Part shown: positions 29,319 to 41,260 of the stretch, in pieces
Numbering within the stretch: position 1 is the first letter of the stretch
Layout of the letters: each line of letters begins with the position of its first letter
Origin: an uncultured Actinomycetes bacterium
GTDB taxonomy: Bacteria; Actinomycetota; Thermoleophilia; UBA2241
Length of the DNA stretch: 64,000 nucleotides
Direction of reading: 5' to 3'
Assembly: GCA_963709345.1 (NCBI GenBank)
Contig: CAVPVX010000004.1
Span: 192,001-256,000, forward strand
Translations under genes and position numbers: made by a program
The notes under the pieces: model-generated
Told to the model about the DNA's origin: nothing
What the model saw: the letters and a program-made list of their open reading frames with translations, nothing else
Database searches by the model: none

Positions 29319-30560
29319 TCACGAGGTCGCGGGAGCGTGTGTCTTGTAGAGGGGCGAGAGGGCGCGGAGCCGGGCGATCACGCCGGGGAGTACGGCCATG
29401 ATGCGCTCGACGTCGTCCACGGTGCTCCAGCGCCCGAAGGTGAACTCGAGCGAGCCGTGTGCCTCCTCGTGCAGCAGCCCGCACGAGATGAGCGTGTGCG
29501 ACGGCTCCAGCGTCTTGGAACTGCAGGCGGAGCCCGTGGACGCGGCGATGCCCTCGTCGCGCAGCGACAGGATCATCGCCTCGCCCTCGACCGCGTCGAA
29601 GCGGAAGTGGGCGTTGTTCGGCAGCCGCTCCTCGGGGTGGCCGTTCAGGTGTGAGTCGGGGATCTCGGCCAGCACGCGCTCGACCAGTCGATCGCGGATC
29701 GCCCGGATGCGCGACACCTCGGTCTCCATGTCCGCGCCCATGATCTCGGCCGCCGCGGCCATGCCGGCGATGCTCGCCAGATCTTCGCTGCCGGAGCGCA
29801 AGCCTCGCTCCTGGCCTCCGCCCAGCAGAACGGGTGCGATCTGCACGCCCTTCCGTACGTAGAGCGCACCGAGACCGCGGGGGCCGTACAGGTCGTTGCT
29901 CGAGAGGCTGAGGAGGTCGACCGGCACGGCGTTCATGTCGATCGGCAGCAGGCCTTCTGCGGCGACGGCGTCGCTGTGCAAGGCGATGCCCGTGCCGTCG
30001 AGCATCTCGGCGATCGCGGCGATGGGCTGGACGGTGCCGATCTCGCTGCTTGCCCACTGCACCGAGACGAGGATCGTCTCGTCGGTGATGCGGGCGCGCA
30101 GCTTCTTCGGCGACACGCGCCCGTACAGATCGATCGGCACGCGAGTGACGCGGAACCCGTTCTTCTCGAGGTACTTGGCGATGTTGAGGATGCTGATGTG
30201 CTCGGCCTCACTGATGATCACGTGGTCGCCCTTGCGCTTGTTGCGCAGGGCGTAGCCGACGACCCCCAGGTTGGTGGCTTCGGTGGCCCCTCCGGTGAAG
30301 ACGATCTCGCGCGGCTCGGCGCCGAAGAACGCGGCGACCCTGCCGCGCGCCTCCTCGAGCGCCTCGGTCGCCACGTCGCCCACGGTGTGCAGCGAGGCGG
30401 CGTTGCCGAACTTCTCCGTCAGGTACGGCAGCATGGCCTCGACCACTCGCGGGTCGACGGGTTTCGCCGACTGGTAGTCGGCGTAGACGACGCCGGCGCG
30501 GGCCAGCGCCTTGCCGGGGTCGGCCAGGGTGACCTGGTGGTCGGTGCTTGCGGCGGTCAC
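29319..30560 (-). CDS. iscS: IscS/NifS-family protein with PLP-Lys replaced by Asp
   Basis: FTGGATEATN, EH, EIGTVQP, GGGQERGLRSG, STGSACSS retained; SAHK.YGP reads SSNDLYGP. Confidence 0.9.
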   Translation of the reverse strand: MTAASTDHQVTLADPGKALARAGVVYADYQSAKPVDPRVVEAMLPYLTEKFGNAASLHTVGDVATEALEEARGRVAAFFGAEPREIVFTGGATEATNLGVVGYALRNKRKGDHVIISEAEHISILNIAKYLEKNGFRVTRVPIDLYGRVSPKKLRARITDETILVSVQWASSEIGTVQPIAAIAEMLDGTGIALHSDAVAAEGLLPIDMNAVPVDLLSLSSNDLYGPRGLGALYVRKGVQIAPVLLGGGQERGLRSGSEDLASIAGMAAAAEIMGADMETEVSRIRAIRDRLVERVLAEIPDSHLNGHPEERLPNNAHFRFDAVEGEAMILSLRDEGIAASTGSACSSKTLEPSHTLISCGLLHEEAHGSLEFTFGRWSTVDDVERIMAVLPGVIARLRALSPLYKTHAPATS

Positions 30561-30570
30561 CGGCCCGCCC

Positions 30571-30933
30571 TCAGAACCACATCGTCGCGTCGGCGTCCAA
30601 GGCGAGGTCGTTGAGCGTCGCCGCGCCGACGATCTTGACGCCGTCGATCAGCTCGACCGTCTCCCAGCCGAGCATCTGCTTGGAGGCTTCGCACACGTAC
30701 ACCGGGATGCCCATGTCGATGGTCTTCCGGAGCATCTCGGCGACGCTGGGGAAGCTGCCCATCTGCATCTTCTCCGCCTCGCCGGGCTTGAGCACCGTGA
30801 GACTCACGCCGAGGTAGTAGACGGCCGGGTCGATACCCATGGCCTTGGCGCTCTGGGCGAGCACGAGGGGCGAATACTGTCGCTCGGGGGAGTCGCTGGT
30901 CTGCACGTAGAGGATGTTCTTTTCGTCGGCCAT
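30571..30933 (-). CDS. DsrE/DsrF-family sulfur-relay protein
   Basis: 120 aa, GIPVYVCEAS conserved Cys, GVKIVGAA, ends in F. Confidence 0.8.
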   Translation of the reverse strand: MADEKNILYVQTSDSPERQYSPLVLAQSAKAMGIDPAVYYLGVSLTVLKPGEAEKMQMGSFPSVAEMLRKTIDMGIPVYVCEASKQMLGWETVELIDGVKIVGAATLNDLALDADATMWF

Positions 30934-30968
30934 GATGGTCCTTTCGGCGGTCGCGGTCCGGTGGCGGT

Positions 30969-31211
30969 CTACTTGAGCCGGCGGAGCAGGATGCGCAACT
31001 CGCCGCCCTCGTTCTCGAGCTCGACGACCTCGTGGCCTGCGCGCTTGGCGAAGCGCTTCAGGTCTTCTTCGGCGGCGGGGTCGTCGGCGATCACTTCAAG
31101 CACTTCGCCGATCTCTATCGCGTCGATGTTCTCGCGGGTCTGGAAGAGCGGCTCAGGGCAGTAGAGCCCGATGCAGTCGAGTGTGCGTGCGGGCTTCGGT
31201 TCGTCTGCCAT
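30969..31211 (-). CDS. tusA: TusA/SirA sulfur carrier
   Basis: LDCIGLYCPEP, GEVLEVIADDP; AAAGGAG RBS. Confidence 0.92.
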   Translation of the reverse strand: MADEPKPARTLDCIGLYCPEPLFQTRENIDAIEIGEVLEVIADDPAAEEDLKRFAKRAGHEVVELENEGGELRILLRRLK

Positions 31212-31263
31212 CTGGTCTCCTTTCGAGTTTGAGGAGGCCGTAGCTCTCCCTCCAGCGCTGTCT

Positions 31264-31288
31264 ATACCCGACCAGAGCAGTTGGTATT
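31264..31288. promoter_or_regulatory. IscR/Rrf2-like operator ATACCCGAC-N7-GTTGGTAT
   Basis: Imperfect inverted repeat resembling IscR type-1 consensus ATASYYGACTRwwwYAGTCRRSTAT; overlaps a minus-strand TATAGA -10-like hexamer 50 bp upstream of tusA. Confidence 0.55.
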
Positions 31289-31509
31289 CACCAGGCGGCC
31301 GAGCTCCCCGGCACGGCTGGGCTTTCGCACTCGGCGTCGCCGGTCTGGCCGGGCAGACACGTACGGGTCGAGGTTGGTGCTGAGCTGTCTGTATCACTCC
31401 GCTCTGGCGTGCAGGGTCGCGCTGTCGCGGTCACTCCGCATAGCCACCGGAACGCGTCCGCGTCGATCTCGAGGCAAGTCGTCACGGTCGTCTCGTTGCG
31501 GCGACGGAG

Positions 31510-32898
31510 TCACGCGGGAGTGAAGACGAAGCCGGCCGCGAAGACGCGCTCACACGCCGCCGCAGCGGCGGCGTCATAGCGCGTCCCGGCGCCGCTGCTC
31601 ACCTCGTGCAGCGCCGCCTCGATGCCCAGTGAGGCGCGGTAGGGCCGGTGCGACGCCATCGCTTCGACGACGTCGGCAACGGCGAGGATGCGCGCCTCGA
31701 GCATCATCTCGTCGCCGGCCAGGCCGGCGGGGTAGCCTGAGCCGTCGAGGCGCTCATGATGCTGGAGGACGATGTCGGCGACCGGCTGCTCGAAGCCGAT
31801 CGGTGCGAGCATCTCGCGCCCGGCCTCTGGATGGACCTTGACGAACGCAAACTCGACCTCCACGAGCTTCGACGGCTTGGCGAGGATCTGAGCCGGCACG
31901 CTGAGCATGCCGATGTCGTGGACGAGGGCGGCGAGACGCAGGCCTTCCACGGCCACCGGCGTCAACCCGAGGGCCTCGCCGACGACCACGACGAGCTGCG
32001 TCACGCGCACCTGATGCCCGGCGGTGTACGGGTCGTGCGCGGCGACCATCGACCCCATCGCTTCCACCGCACCCTCCACGGTACCACGCAACCGATCCGT
32101 CCCCTCGAGCAGCGCCTGCATGGCCCCGCGCCGCTCGCTGATGTCGTCGAAGACGGTGATGTAGGTGCCCGGATCGGTGCTGTAGACAGAGACGGACTGC
32201 CACGTGCCGGGCGGCTCCAGCTCGATCTCCATGGTCTCCGGGGTGCCGGTGCTCGCCACGCGATCGTACGTCCTGAGGAGCCTTGGGCCTATCTGCCGGA
32301 AGCCGGGGATGACCGCTGATCCTGAACGGCCGATCACATCGCTGAGTCCGGTGAGGCGCTCGAATGCCGGGTTGACTTCGAGGTAGACCCAGTCGACTGG
32401 CTCGCCGGCCTGGTCGTACACGAGACGACAGTAGGCATACCCGTTCAGCAGGTTGCCGATGAGCGAGGCGTGGCGCTCCTCCGTGTCTGCCAGAGCGCGA
32501 CGGCGGGCGCGCTCGTCGATGGCGCGTTCGACCATGAGCGGCAGGCGCGCCATCTTGTCCTTGAGCACGCAGTCGTCGGCGCCGTTCTTGAGCAGTTCGA
32601 CGGTCGCCTCCTCGCCGATCGTGCCCGAGACGCAGATGAAGGGCGTGTTCGGCCGCGCTGTCCTGGCGAGCTCGAGCGCCTGATGAGCATTGAAGGCCGG
32701 CAGCGAGAAGTCGGCGAGGATGACGTCGTGGTCGCCGCTGCCGAGGAGCTTCTCGAAGGCGCGGCCGTTCTCGGCCACGTCGAGCTCGAGCTCGTATCCG
32801 GCGCTGCGCAGCGCCTCCGCCGTCAGCTCGGCGTCGGGGGCCGAGTCCTCGAGGCAGAGGACTCGGAGCCGCCGCGCTCGTGTGCGCTCGTCGTTCAC
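31510..32898 (-). CDS. REC-PAS-HD-GYP c-di-GMP phosphodiesterase
   Basis: CLED/ILAD receiver, VNPAFERLTG PAS, LVHDIG, HHERLDGSGYP. Confidence 0.9.
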   Translation of the reverse strand: MNDERTRARRLRVLCLEDSAPDAELTAEALRSAGYELELDVAENGRAFEKLLGSGDHDVILADFSLPAFNAHQALELARTARPNTPFICVSGTIGEEATVELLKNGADDCVLKDKMARLPLMVERAIDERARRRALADTEERHASLIGNLLNGYAYCRLVYDQAGEPVDWVYLEVNPAFERLTGLSDVIGRSGSAVIPGFRQIGPRLLRTYDRVASTGTPETMEIELEPPGTWQSVSVYSTDPGTYITVFDDISERRGAMQALLEGTDRLRGTVEGAVEAMGSMVAAHDPYTAGHQVRVTQLVVVVGEALGLTPVAVEGLRLAALVHDIGMLSVPAQILAKPSKLVEVEFAFVKVHPEAGREMLAPIGFEQPVADIVLQHHERLDGSGYPAGLAGDEMMLEARILAVADVVEAMASHRPYRASLGIEAALHEVSSGAGTRYDAAAAAACERVFAAGFVFTPA

Positions 32899-32899
32899 G

Positions 32900-33350
32900 T
32901 CAGGGGCCGACCTGCGGCGGTCGTTCATTGATCAGCGCCCAGAAGATGCCGAGCTTCTCGCACCGCTTCCATGAAACTGTCGAACGCCACGGGCTTGACC
33001 ACGTAGGCGTTCACTCCCAGGCCATAGCTCGTCAGGATGTCCTGTTCTTCCCGCGAAGAGGTGAGGATCACGACCGGGAGCATCCTGAGCGCCGGGTCCT
33101 CGCGGATCTCGCGCAGAACCTCGAGGCCGTCCTTGCGCGGCATCTTGATGTCGAGCAGCACGACTGCAGGATGACAGGGTGCGCGGTCGGCGAAGATCCC
33201 CTCGCAGCGCAGGTACTCGAGCGCCTCCACGCCGTCGCGGGCCACCGTGACTGCGTTCGCGAGGTTCTGTGCAGCGAGCGCCTCAAGCGTGAGCTCGACG
33301 TCGTCGGGGTTGTCCTCAGCGAGCAGGATCCCCGGGTACTCCTTGGTCAC
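32900..33350 (-). CDS. Single-domain response regulator (Rcp1-like), frameshift near C-terminus
   Basis: LLAEDNPDD, LLDIKMP, ILTSS, NAYVVKPV; natural tail KLGIFWALINE in a shifted frame. Confidence 0.85.
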
Positions 33351-35901
33351 GATGTCGTCTCCTTCCGTTGCGGCAGAGAGAAGTAGAATGTCGCACCTTT
33401 GCCCGAGTGCGCCTTCGGCCCACACGCGGCCGCCGAGCCTCGTGACGATGCGATGGACGTTGGCGAGGCCGATGCCGGTGCCCTCGAACTCGCCGGCGCT
33501 GTGCAGGCGCTGGAACACGCCGAACAGCTTGTGAGCGTACTCCATGTCGAATCCCACGCCATTGTCGCGCACGAAGAAGACGTCGCCGGTCTCGTCGGTG
33601 TCGCCGTGCTCGGCGCCGACCTCGATCCGGGCCGGCGCCCTCCCGCGCGTGTACTTGACTGCGTTACCGAGCAGGTTTGCCCAGACCTGGCGCAACAGGG
33701 CGTGGTCGGCGACAACGCCGGGGAGTGGCCCGATGGCCCACTCGATCTCGCGACCGTCGGCCTCGTGCCGCAGCGGCTCGAGGGCTTCGGCCAGCACCTC
33801 ATCCATGTCGACGGCCGCGATCTTCAACTCCGCCCGCCCGGTGCGCGAGAACTGCAGCAGGTCGTCGATGAGCACGCCCATCTCGCGCACCGAGCTCGAG
33901 ATCCTGTCGACGTAGTGGCGGCACTTCTCGTCGAGTCCGTCTCCCGCTCGCTCCGCGAGCAGAGCGGAGAAACCGCTGACGTGGCGCAGCGGCGCACGCA
34001 GATCATGCGATACCGAGTACGCGAACGCCTCGAGCTCCTTATTGGCCGCGTCCAGTTCCGCCGTGCGGTCGAACACCCGCTGCTCGAGTTCCGCGTTGAG
34101 GCGTTCCACCTCTTCCTCGGCCGCCTTGCGCGTCGTGAAGTCGACGACGGTACCCTCGATCCGCTGAGACTCACCACTCTCGTCGCGCACCAGGTGAGCA
34201 TTGAGCAGGACGAAGAGCCTGGAGCCGTCGGACTTCACCGCCTCAGCCATGAAGCTGCGCGCGTAGCCGTCGCTCGTGAGCAACGCCAGGTACCGGTCCC
34301 TGTCGGTGGGGTGCCGCCAGAAGTCCGGTGTGTGCTGCCCGCGCAGGTCGGCATCGCCGTCGATCCCCAGGATCCGGCAGTAGGCAGGGTTGTGGTCGAG
34401 CAGCACGCCATCGAGCGACACGCTGTAGTAGCCCTCGTCGAGCGACTCGACCGTTTCTCTGAACTTGCGCTCACTGGCGCGTAGCTCCTGCTCTCTGGCG
34501 ACTCGCTCGGTGATGTCCTCGACGATGGTGGCGAAGCGGTCGCCGCCCTGTGGCACCACCGACACCTGGAAGTGCCGATCGAGCGGCTCGAAGTAGGACT
34601 CGAAGCGGCGCGGGAGCATCTTCGTCCACGGTCCGGGAGTAGACGTCCAGGAAGGGCGCCTCCGGGGTCTCGTACGACGGCGGTTGCGAGCCGCCGCGCA
34701 TCTGTTCGACCGCAGACCAATCTGGCGACATAGGCGGGGTTGACGTCGTCGACCCGGTAGTCGGTCGGATCGCCTTGCGCGATCGCGCACGAGCTCATGC
34801 ATGGCGACGCCCTCGGTCATGGTCTCGAAGAGCGAGCGGAACTTGACCTCGCTCGCGACCAGTTCCGTCGTGACTTGTGATTCGCGGGCGCGCCACAGCA
34901 GCAGGGTACCTGCAGCGGCGAGCGCGACGACGAGGAGGGTGAAACCCGCCGTCAGCCAGGCGCGGCTCTCGATCGGCCCCAGCACCTCGGCGGTGTCCAT
35001 CTTCGCGATGACGAACCAGCGCACGTCCGGCACCGGCTCGAGCGCGGCGATGACGGGGACGCCGCGGTAGTCGACACCCTCGACGATCCCGGTCGCGCCG
35101 CGCACGGCCATTGACGCCGGCAGGTGCTGGTCGCTCAGCGGGCGGGTCAGCCGCAGCGCCGTATCTTTGCGGTGGCGCAGCTCGTTGAGGAACACGACCC
35201 TGTCCCCGCGCCGCTGGACGACCAGGGTCTCGCCCGAGGCGCTCTCGAGGGGCCAGTCCTGGATGAGGGGATACAGGTAGTCGTGCGGGTTGATGTGAAG
35301 GACGACGGCGGCGATCGCCGGAGCGCCGGGCTCGTCGGCGAGCACCGGCGCCGCCATCTCCAGCCGCGCGTTTCCGGACGCGCCGAGGTAGAGTCCCGTC
35401 GTCTCGGCGCGGCTCGTGTGCAGGGTCGTGCGCACCAGCGCCCGCACCGGTATGCCCAGCGCGTGCGCCGCGTCCTCGGGCTCGCGGACCACGACCGCAC
35501 CGGTGCGGTCGACAAGCACGACGTCGACGTAGTCATAGTATTCCTGGATGGCCGCCAGCTGGGCGCGGACATCCGCCTCGGTCGCCGCTCCGCCGCGGCC
35601 TGCGAGCAGGTCGGCGACCGCGGCCGCGAGCAGTCGATCGCTGCGGATCACCTCCGCGTCGGCGCGTCGCTCACCCAGCCAGACGGAGATCTGGTCGGCC
35701 TTGAGCCGGGCGATGGCCACCAGCGAGCCCTCGGCGGCGTGCGCGCATCGAGCGCGCCTGCTCTCGCCAAGCCCAGTACGCGAGTCCGACGACGAGGACG
35801 GCGACCACGAGGAAGCCGGCGATGAGCAGGCCTTGTCCGCGTCGTCGGCTACTCGATCCGTGCCGACCCGCTTCTCCTTGGGTCTCCCTCGACGTCCGCA
35901 C
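33347..35901 (-). CDS. Membrane sensor histidine kinase (Cache-like + 2 PAS + HisKA/HATPase), several frameshifts
   Basis: TM, DYRGVPV Cache-like motif, PAS, YSVSHDLRAPLR, NLLGNAVK, DNGVGF, GTGIGL, GATFYFSL across frames. Confidence 0.85.
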
Positions 35902-35970
35902 GAATCCCCTTCTCGCCGGTGGGCATCGACACTCCTCCTCACCGTACCCGGTGAGGCACGATAAGCAACG

Positions 35971-36013
35971 GAGTGGCCCAACGGGCCTGCGGCGCAGGCC
36001 CGTTGGGCCACTC
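35971..36013. repeat. 43-bp near-perfect palindrome
   Basis: gagtggcccaacgggcctgcg-g-cgcaggcccgttgggccactc (21-bp arms, 1-nt centre). Confidence 0.9.
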
Positions 36014-36143
36014 GAGCGAGGCAGCTGTCCCTCGCCTTGCAGGCTCGGGGGTATTATATAGAGAAGCTGACAGCGGGAGTCGCGGGTGGCCGCGGCCACC
36101 AAGGGTCGCGATCGCGTCGGGATACGAGTTCAAGGGGCTGACC

Positions 36144-36974
36144 ATGAACACCATCGTCGACCGTCAAGAGCTCACGAAGCGTGACCTGATCAGCCTCACG
36201 ATCGAGGCGCCGCAGATCGCGCGCAAGATTCGTCCGGGCCAGTTCGTCGTGCTACGCATCAACGAGACCGGGGAGCGGGTGCCGCTCACCGTCGCATACC
36301 GCGACGAAGCCAACGGCACCGTCACGATCATCTTCCAGGTGGTCGGCAAGAGCACGGCCATGCTCGCCTCACTGGGCCCCGGTGACGCCATCAAGGACCT
36401 CTGCGGACCGCTCGGCGCGGCCGTGGAGTTCGAGAAGACCGGCACGATCGTCGGCATCGGTGGCGGATCCGGCATCGCCGTGCTGCACCACCTGCTCATC
36501 GGCCACCGTGAGGTCGGCAACCACATCATCGGGGTGGTCGGAGCGCGCCAGAAGGACCTCCTGATCCTGGAGGACGAGATGCGCGGCCTCTGCGATGAGC
36601 TCATCGTGACCACCGACGACGGGAGCTACGGCGTCCACGGCCAGGTCACCGACGCGCTCAAGTCACTGGTCGAGCGCCACGAGAACATCGACCGGGTCAT
36701 CGCCGTCGGGCCGCTCATCATGATGCGCGCGGTCACTGAGATGACGCGCATCTACGGGCTGCCGACGGAGGTGAGTCTCAACCCCATCATGGTCGACGGC
36801 ACCGGCATGTGCGGGGGCTGCCGGTGCAGCGTGGGAGGCGAGACGAAGTTCGCCTGTGTCGACGGCCCCCACTTCAACGCCTTCGAGGTCGACTTCGACG
36901 AGCTGATCAAGCGCAACCGCATGTACGGGCGCGACGAGCGCACCTCGCTGCTCACGTCCATCAAGGCGCGATAG
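36144..36974 (+). CDS. nfnA: NfnA/SudB-like FAD/NAD-binding [2Fe-2S] subunit
   Basis: PGQFVVLR, ERVPLT, GPLG, GGGSGIA, MVDGTGMCGGCRC, CVDGP. Confidence 0.88.
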   Translation: MNTIVDRQELTKRDLISLTIEAPQIARKIRPGQFVVLRINETGERVPLTVAYRDEANGTVTIIFQVVGKSTAMLASLGPGDAIKDLCGPLGAAVEFEKTGTIVGIGGGSGIAVLHHLLIGHREVGNHIIGVVGARQKDLLILEDEMRGLCDELIVTTDDGSYGVHGQVTDALKSLVERHENIDRVIAVGPLIMMRAVTEMTRIYGLPTEVSLNPIMVDGTGMCGGCRCSVGGETKFACVDGPHFNAFEVDFDELIKRNRMYGRDERTSLLTSIKAR

Positions 36975-36984
36975 GAGGCCGGGG

Positions 36985-38813
<1,829 letters not shown>

Positions 38814-38901
38814 CCCTCGGCCGGGAGCGAACATGCAAGGGGCCGGCGCGTCGGCAACGGGGCTGCCTCGTCGGCCTTTGTCGTGCCCGGGATGGGAGCG
38901 G

Positions 38902-39465
38902 TCAGGCCCTCGTCTCGGCCTCCGCCTCGGTGAGCCGATGCGCGAGTTCCTCCCAGTACGACGCGACGCCGTCCTCGACCTCGTCCCAGTGAACGGCTTC
39001 GAATTCCTCCGTGAGCTCTCGTCGGTCGTTCAGCGTGAGGTAGTGCTGGGCCGTGTCGAAGAAGACGGTCTCCTCGACGTCGATGTGACAGCGGATGACC
39101 TCGACGTACTCCCGCAGGCGGGTGGAGAAATCGAGCGCCGCGACGCGGTCACCCGGGTCCATGACCTCGAGGAGCTGTTCGAGAGAGTCCAGCTTGCCGC
39201 GGCACCACTCGTGCTCGCCGAGCATCTGCTCCAGCGGCTCGTCCTCCTCGGTCATCCCCCGTTTGTGGCAGCGCGCGAAGAGCAGGCCCTCTTCCTTGGG
39301 GTCGTGCAGGCCGTCGTTGAAGTAGCGGAAGAAGCCGAGGATGTCGACGGCGAGGTCGGCACGCACGGCGCCGCTGGCCTCGATGTGGGCGCACTCCTTG
39401 TCGGCCGCGTCGGCCACCTCGAGAACCAGACGGTGCTCAGCCTCGAGGATCTTCCTCCAGCCCAT
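38902..39465 (-). CDS. Hemerythrin/HHE domain protein
   Basis: EH, HDPKEEGLLF, MLGEH, HIDVEETVFF; AAGGAGG RBS. Confidence 0.85.
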   Translation of the reverse strand: MGWRKILEAEHRLVLEVADAADKECAHIEASGAVRADLAVDILGFFRYFNDGLHDPKEEGLLFARCHKRGMTEEDEPLEQMLGEHEWCRGKLDSLEQLLEVMDPGDRVAALDFSTRLREYVEVIRCHIDVEETVFFDTAQHYLTLNDRRELTEEFEAVHWDEVEDGVASYWEELAHRLTEAEAETRA

Positions 39466-39692
39466 GGGCTCCTCCTTACACGAGCACGGACCGCACCGGC
39501 GTGCGGCCCCCGCAGACACTGTGTCCCCTATGCTACCCCTCGTCGGGCAGAAGTGTGCTGTGATGCACCGAAATGGGGTTTACACCTTACTTTGGCCGTG
39601 GTGCGCGCCGTAGTCGGGCGGAGCGCCTATCATGTGCGTGGGTTCGAGGCGCCGACCGCGCCCGGGTGACGCCGACGAACGGGAGGGATCTG

Positions 39693-41210
39693 ATGAGTGA
39701 CCAGAGCAGGGGCACCGGCCGTGTGGTGCTGGCCCTCGACCACGGGACGACGAGCGCGCGCGCTCTCGTGATCGACGCCGCCGGCGTCGTTCTGGCGAGC
39801 GCTCAGCAGGAGGTCGGCCTGAGCTTCCCCGAGCCCGGTTGGGTGGACCAGGACCCACAGGAGATGTGGTCCGCGCAGCTCGCGACCGCCCGCGCCGCCC
39901 TCGCCGAGGCGGGGGTGAAGGCAGCAGGCGTGGCCGGCATCGGCATCACCAACCAGCGTGAGACGACGATCGTATGGGACCGCGCGACCTCCGAGCCCGT
40001 GGCGCCGGCGATCGTGTGGCAGGACCGGCGCACGGCTGCGTTCTGCGAGGAGCTGCGCGGCGCCGGGTGTGAGGCTCTCGTCCGGCGCAAGACCGGCCTG
40101 CTCCTCGACCCATACTTCTCCGCGACCAAGCTGCACTGGCTGCTCGAGCACGTTCCCGGCGTGCGCGAACGCGCGGTGCGCGGCGAGCTCGCCTTCGGCA
40201 CCGTCGACAGCTGGCTGGCGTGGCGCCTCAGCGGCGGCCGTCGCCACGTCACCGACGCGACGAACGCCTCGCGCACGCTGCTCTACGACATCCACGAAGG
40301 CGCCTGGGACGGCGAACTGCTCGAGCTCTTCGGCGTGCCGCGGGAGCTCCTCCCCGAGGTCTGTGACAGCAGTGGCGTGTGCGGTGAGACGGATCCGGAC
40401 CTGCTCGGTGCGCCGGTGCCGATCGCCGGCATCGCCGGCGACCAGCAGGCCGCGCTCTTCGGGCAGGCGTGCATCAGCCGGGGGATGGCCAAGGTCACCT
40501 ACGGCACCGGCTGCTTCCTGCTCTTGCATACCGGGGATGAAGCCGCGACCGCGCCTCCCGGCCTCGTATGCACGGTAGCGCTGCAGCGCGACGGGCGCCG
40601 GACCTACGCTCTCGAGGGCAGCGTCTTCGTCGGCGGCGCCGCGGTGCAGTGGCTGCGCGACGGTCTCGGCGTCGTCGCCGGGGGTGCGGAGGCGACCGCG
40701 CTGGCCGGCACCGTGGGGGCGAGCGCCGGCGTGGTCTTCGTGCCCGCGCTCGCCGGACTCGGCGCCCCGTACTGGGAACCGCACGCGCGCGGTGCGATCT
40801 TCGGCATCACGCGTGGGACGACGACGGCGCACATCGCGCGCGCCACGCTTGAGGGTATCGCCTTCCAGGTCGGCGACCTGTATGAGGCCGAGACGGCGGG
40901 CGCTGGGGTCGTGCCCAGCGTCGTGCGCGCCGACGGCGGCGCCGCTTCCAGTGACCTGCTGCTGCAGTTCCAGGCCGACCTGCTCGGGACGGAGGTGACC
41001 CGAGCCGGGCAGCCCGAGGCGACGGCGTTCGGCGCGGCCTGGCTTGCGGGTCTCGCGACCGGAGTCTGGCGAGACCAGGACGAGGTCGCCGCTCTGTGGA
41101 CGGCCGGGACCTGCTTCACTCCCACCCCCGGGGTCGACCGCGAGGCGCTCGCCCGGTCGTGGCGCGCCGCCGTGGCGGCCGTGCGCTCGTTCGCGCGCGA
41201 GTCGCAGTAA
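39693..41210 (+). CDS. glpK: Glycerol kinase
   Basis: [52 protein letters not shown]. Confidence 0.95.
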   Translation: MSDQSRGTGRVVLALDHGTTSARALVIDAAGVVLASAQQEVGLSFPEPGWVDQDPQEMWSAQLATARAALAEAGVKAAGVAGIGITNQRETTIVWDRATSEPVAPAIVWQDRRTAAFCEELRGAGCEALVRRKTGLLLDPYFSATKLHWLLEHVPGVRERAVRGELAFGTVDSWLAWRLSGGRRHVTDATNASRTLLYDIHEGAWDGELLELFGVPRELLPEVCDSSGVCGETDPDLLGAPVPIAGIAGDQQAALFGQACISRGMAKVTYGTGCFLLLHTGDEAATAPPGLVCTVALQRDGRRTYALEGSVFVGGAAVQWLRDGLGVVAGGAEATALAGTVGASAGVVFVPALAGLGAPYWEPHARGAIFGITRGTTTAHIARATLEGIAFQVGDLYEAETAGAGVVPSVVRADGGAASSDLLLQFQADLLGTEVTRAGQPEATAFGAAWLAGLATGVWRDQDEVAALWTAGTCFTPTPGVDREALARSWRAAVAAVRSFARESQ

Positions 41211-41260
41211 CGTCGCGCGCTCGCCGGCCCGCCGGGCGCCCTTCGTCGCGAGGGGAGCGC

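Noticed and set aside
32925-36011. 1028-aa hybrid kinase ORF in the track
   Set aside because: Artefact of compensating frameshifts. The natural HK end (GATFYFSLPQRKETTS*) and the RR GTG start overlap at 33347-33350
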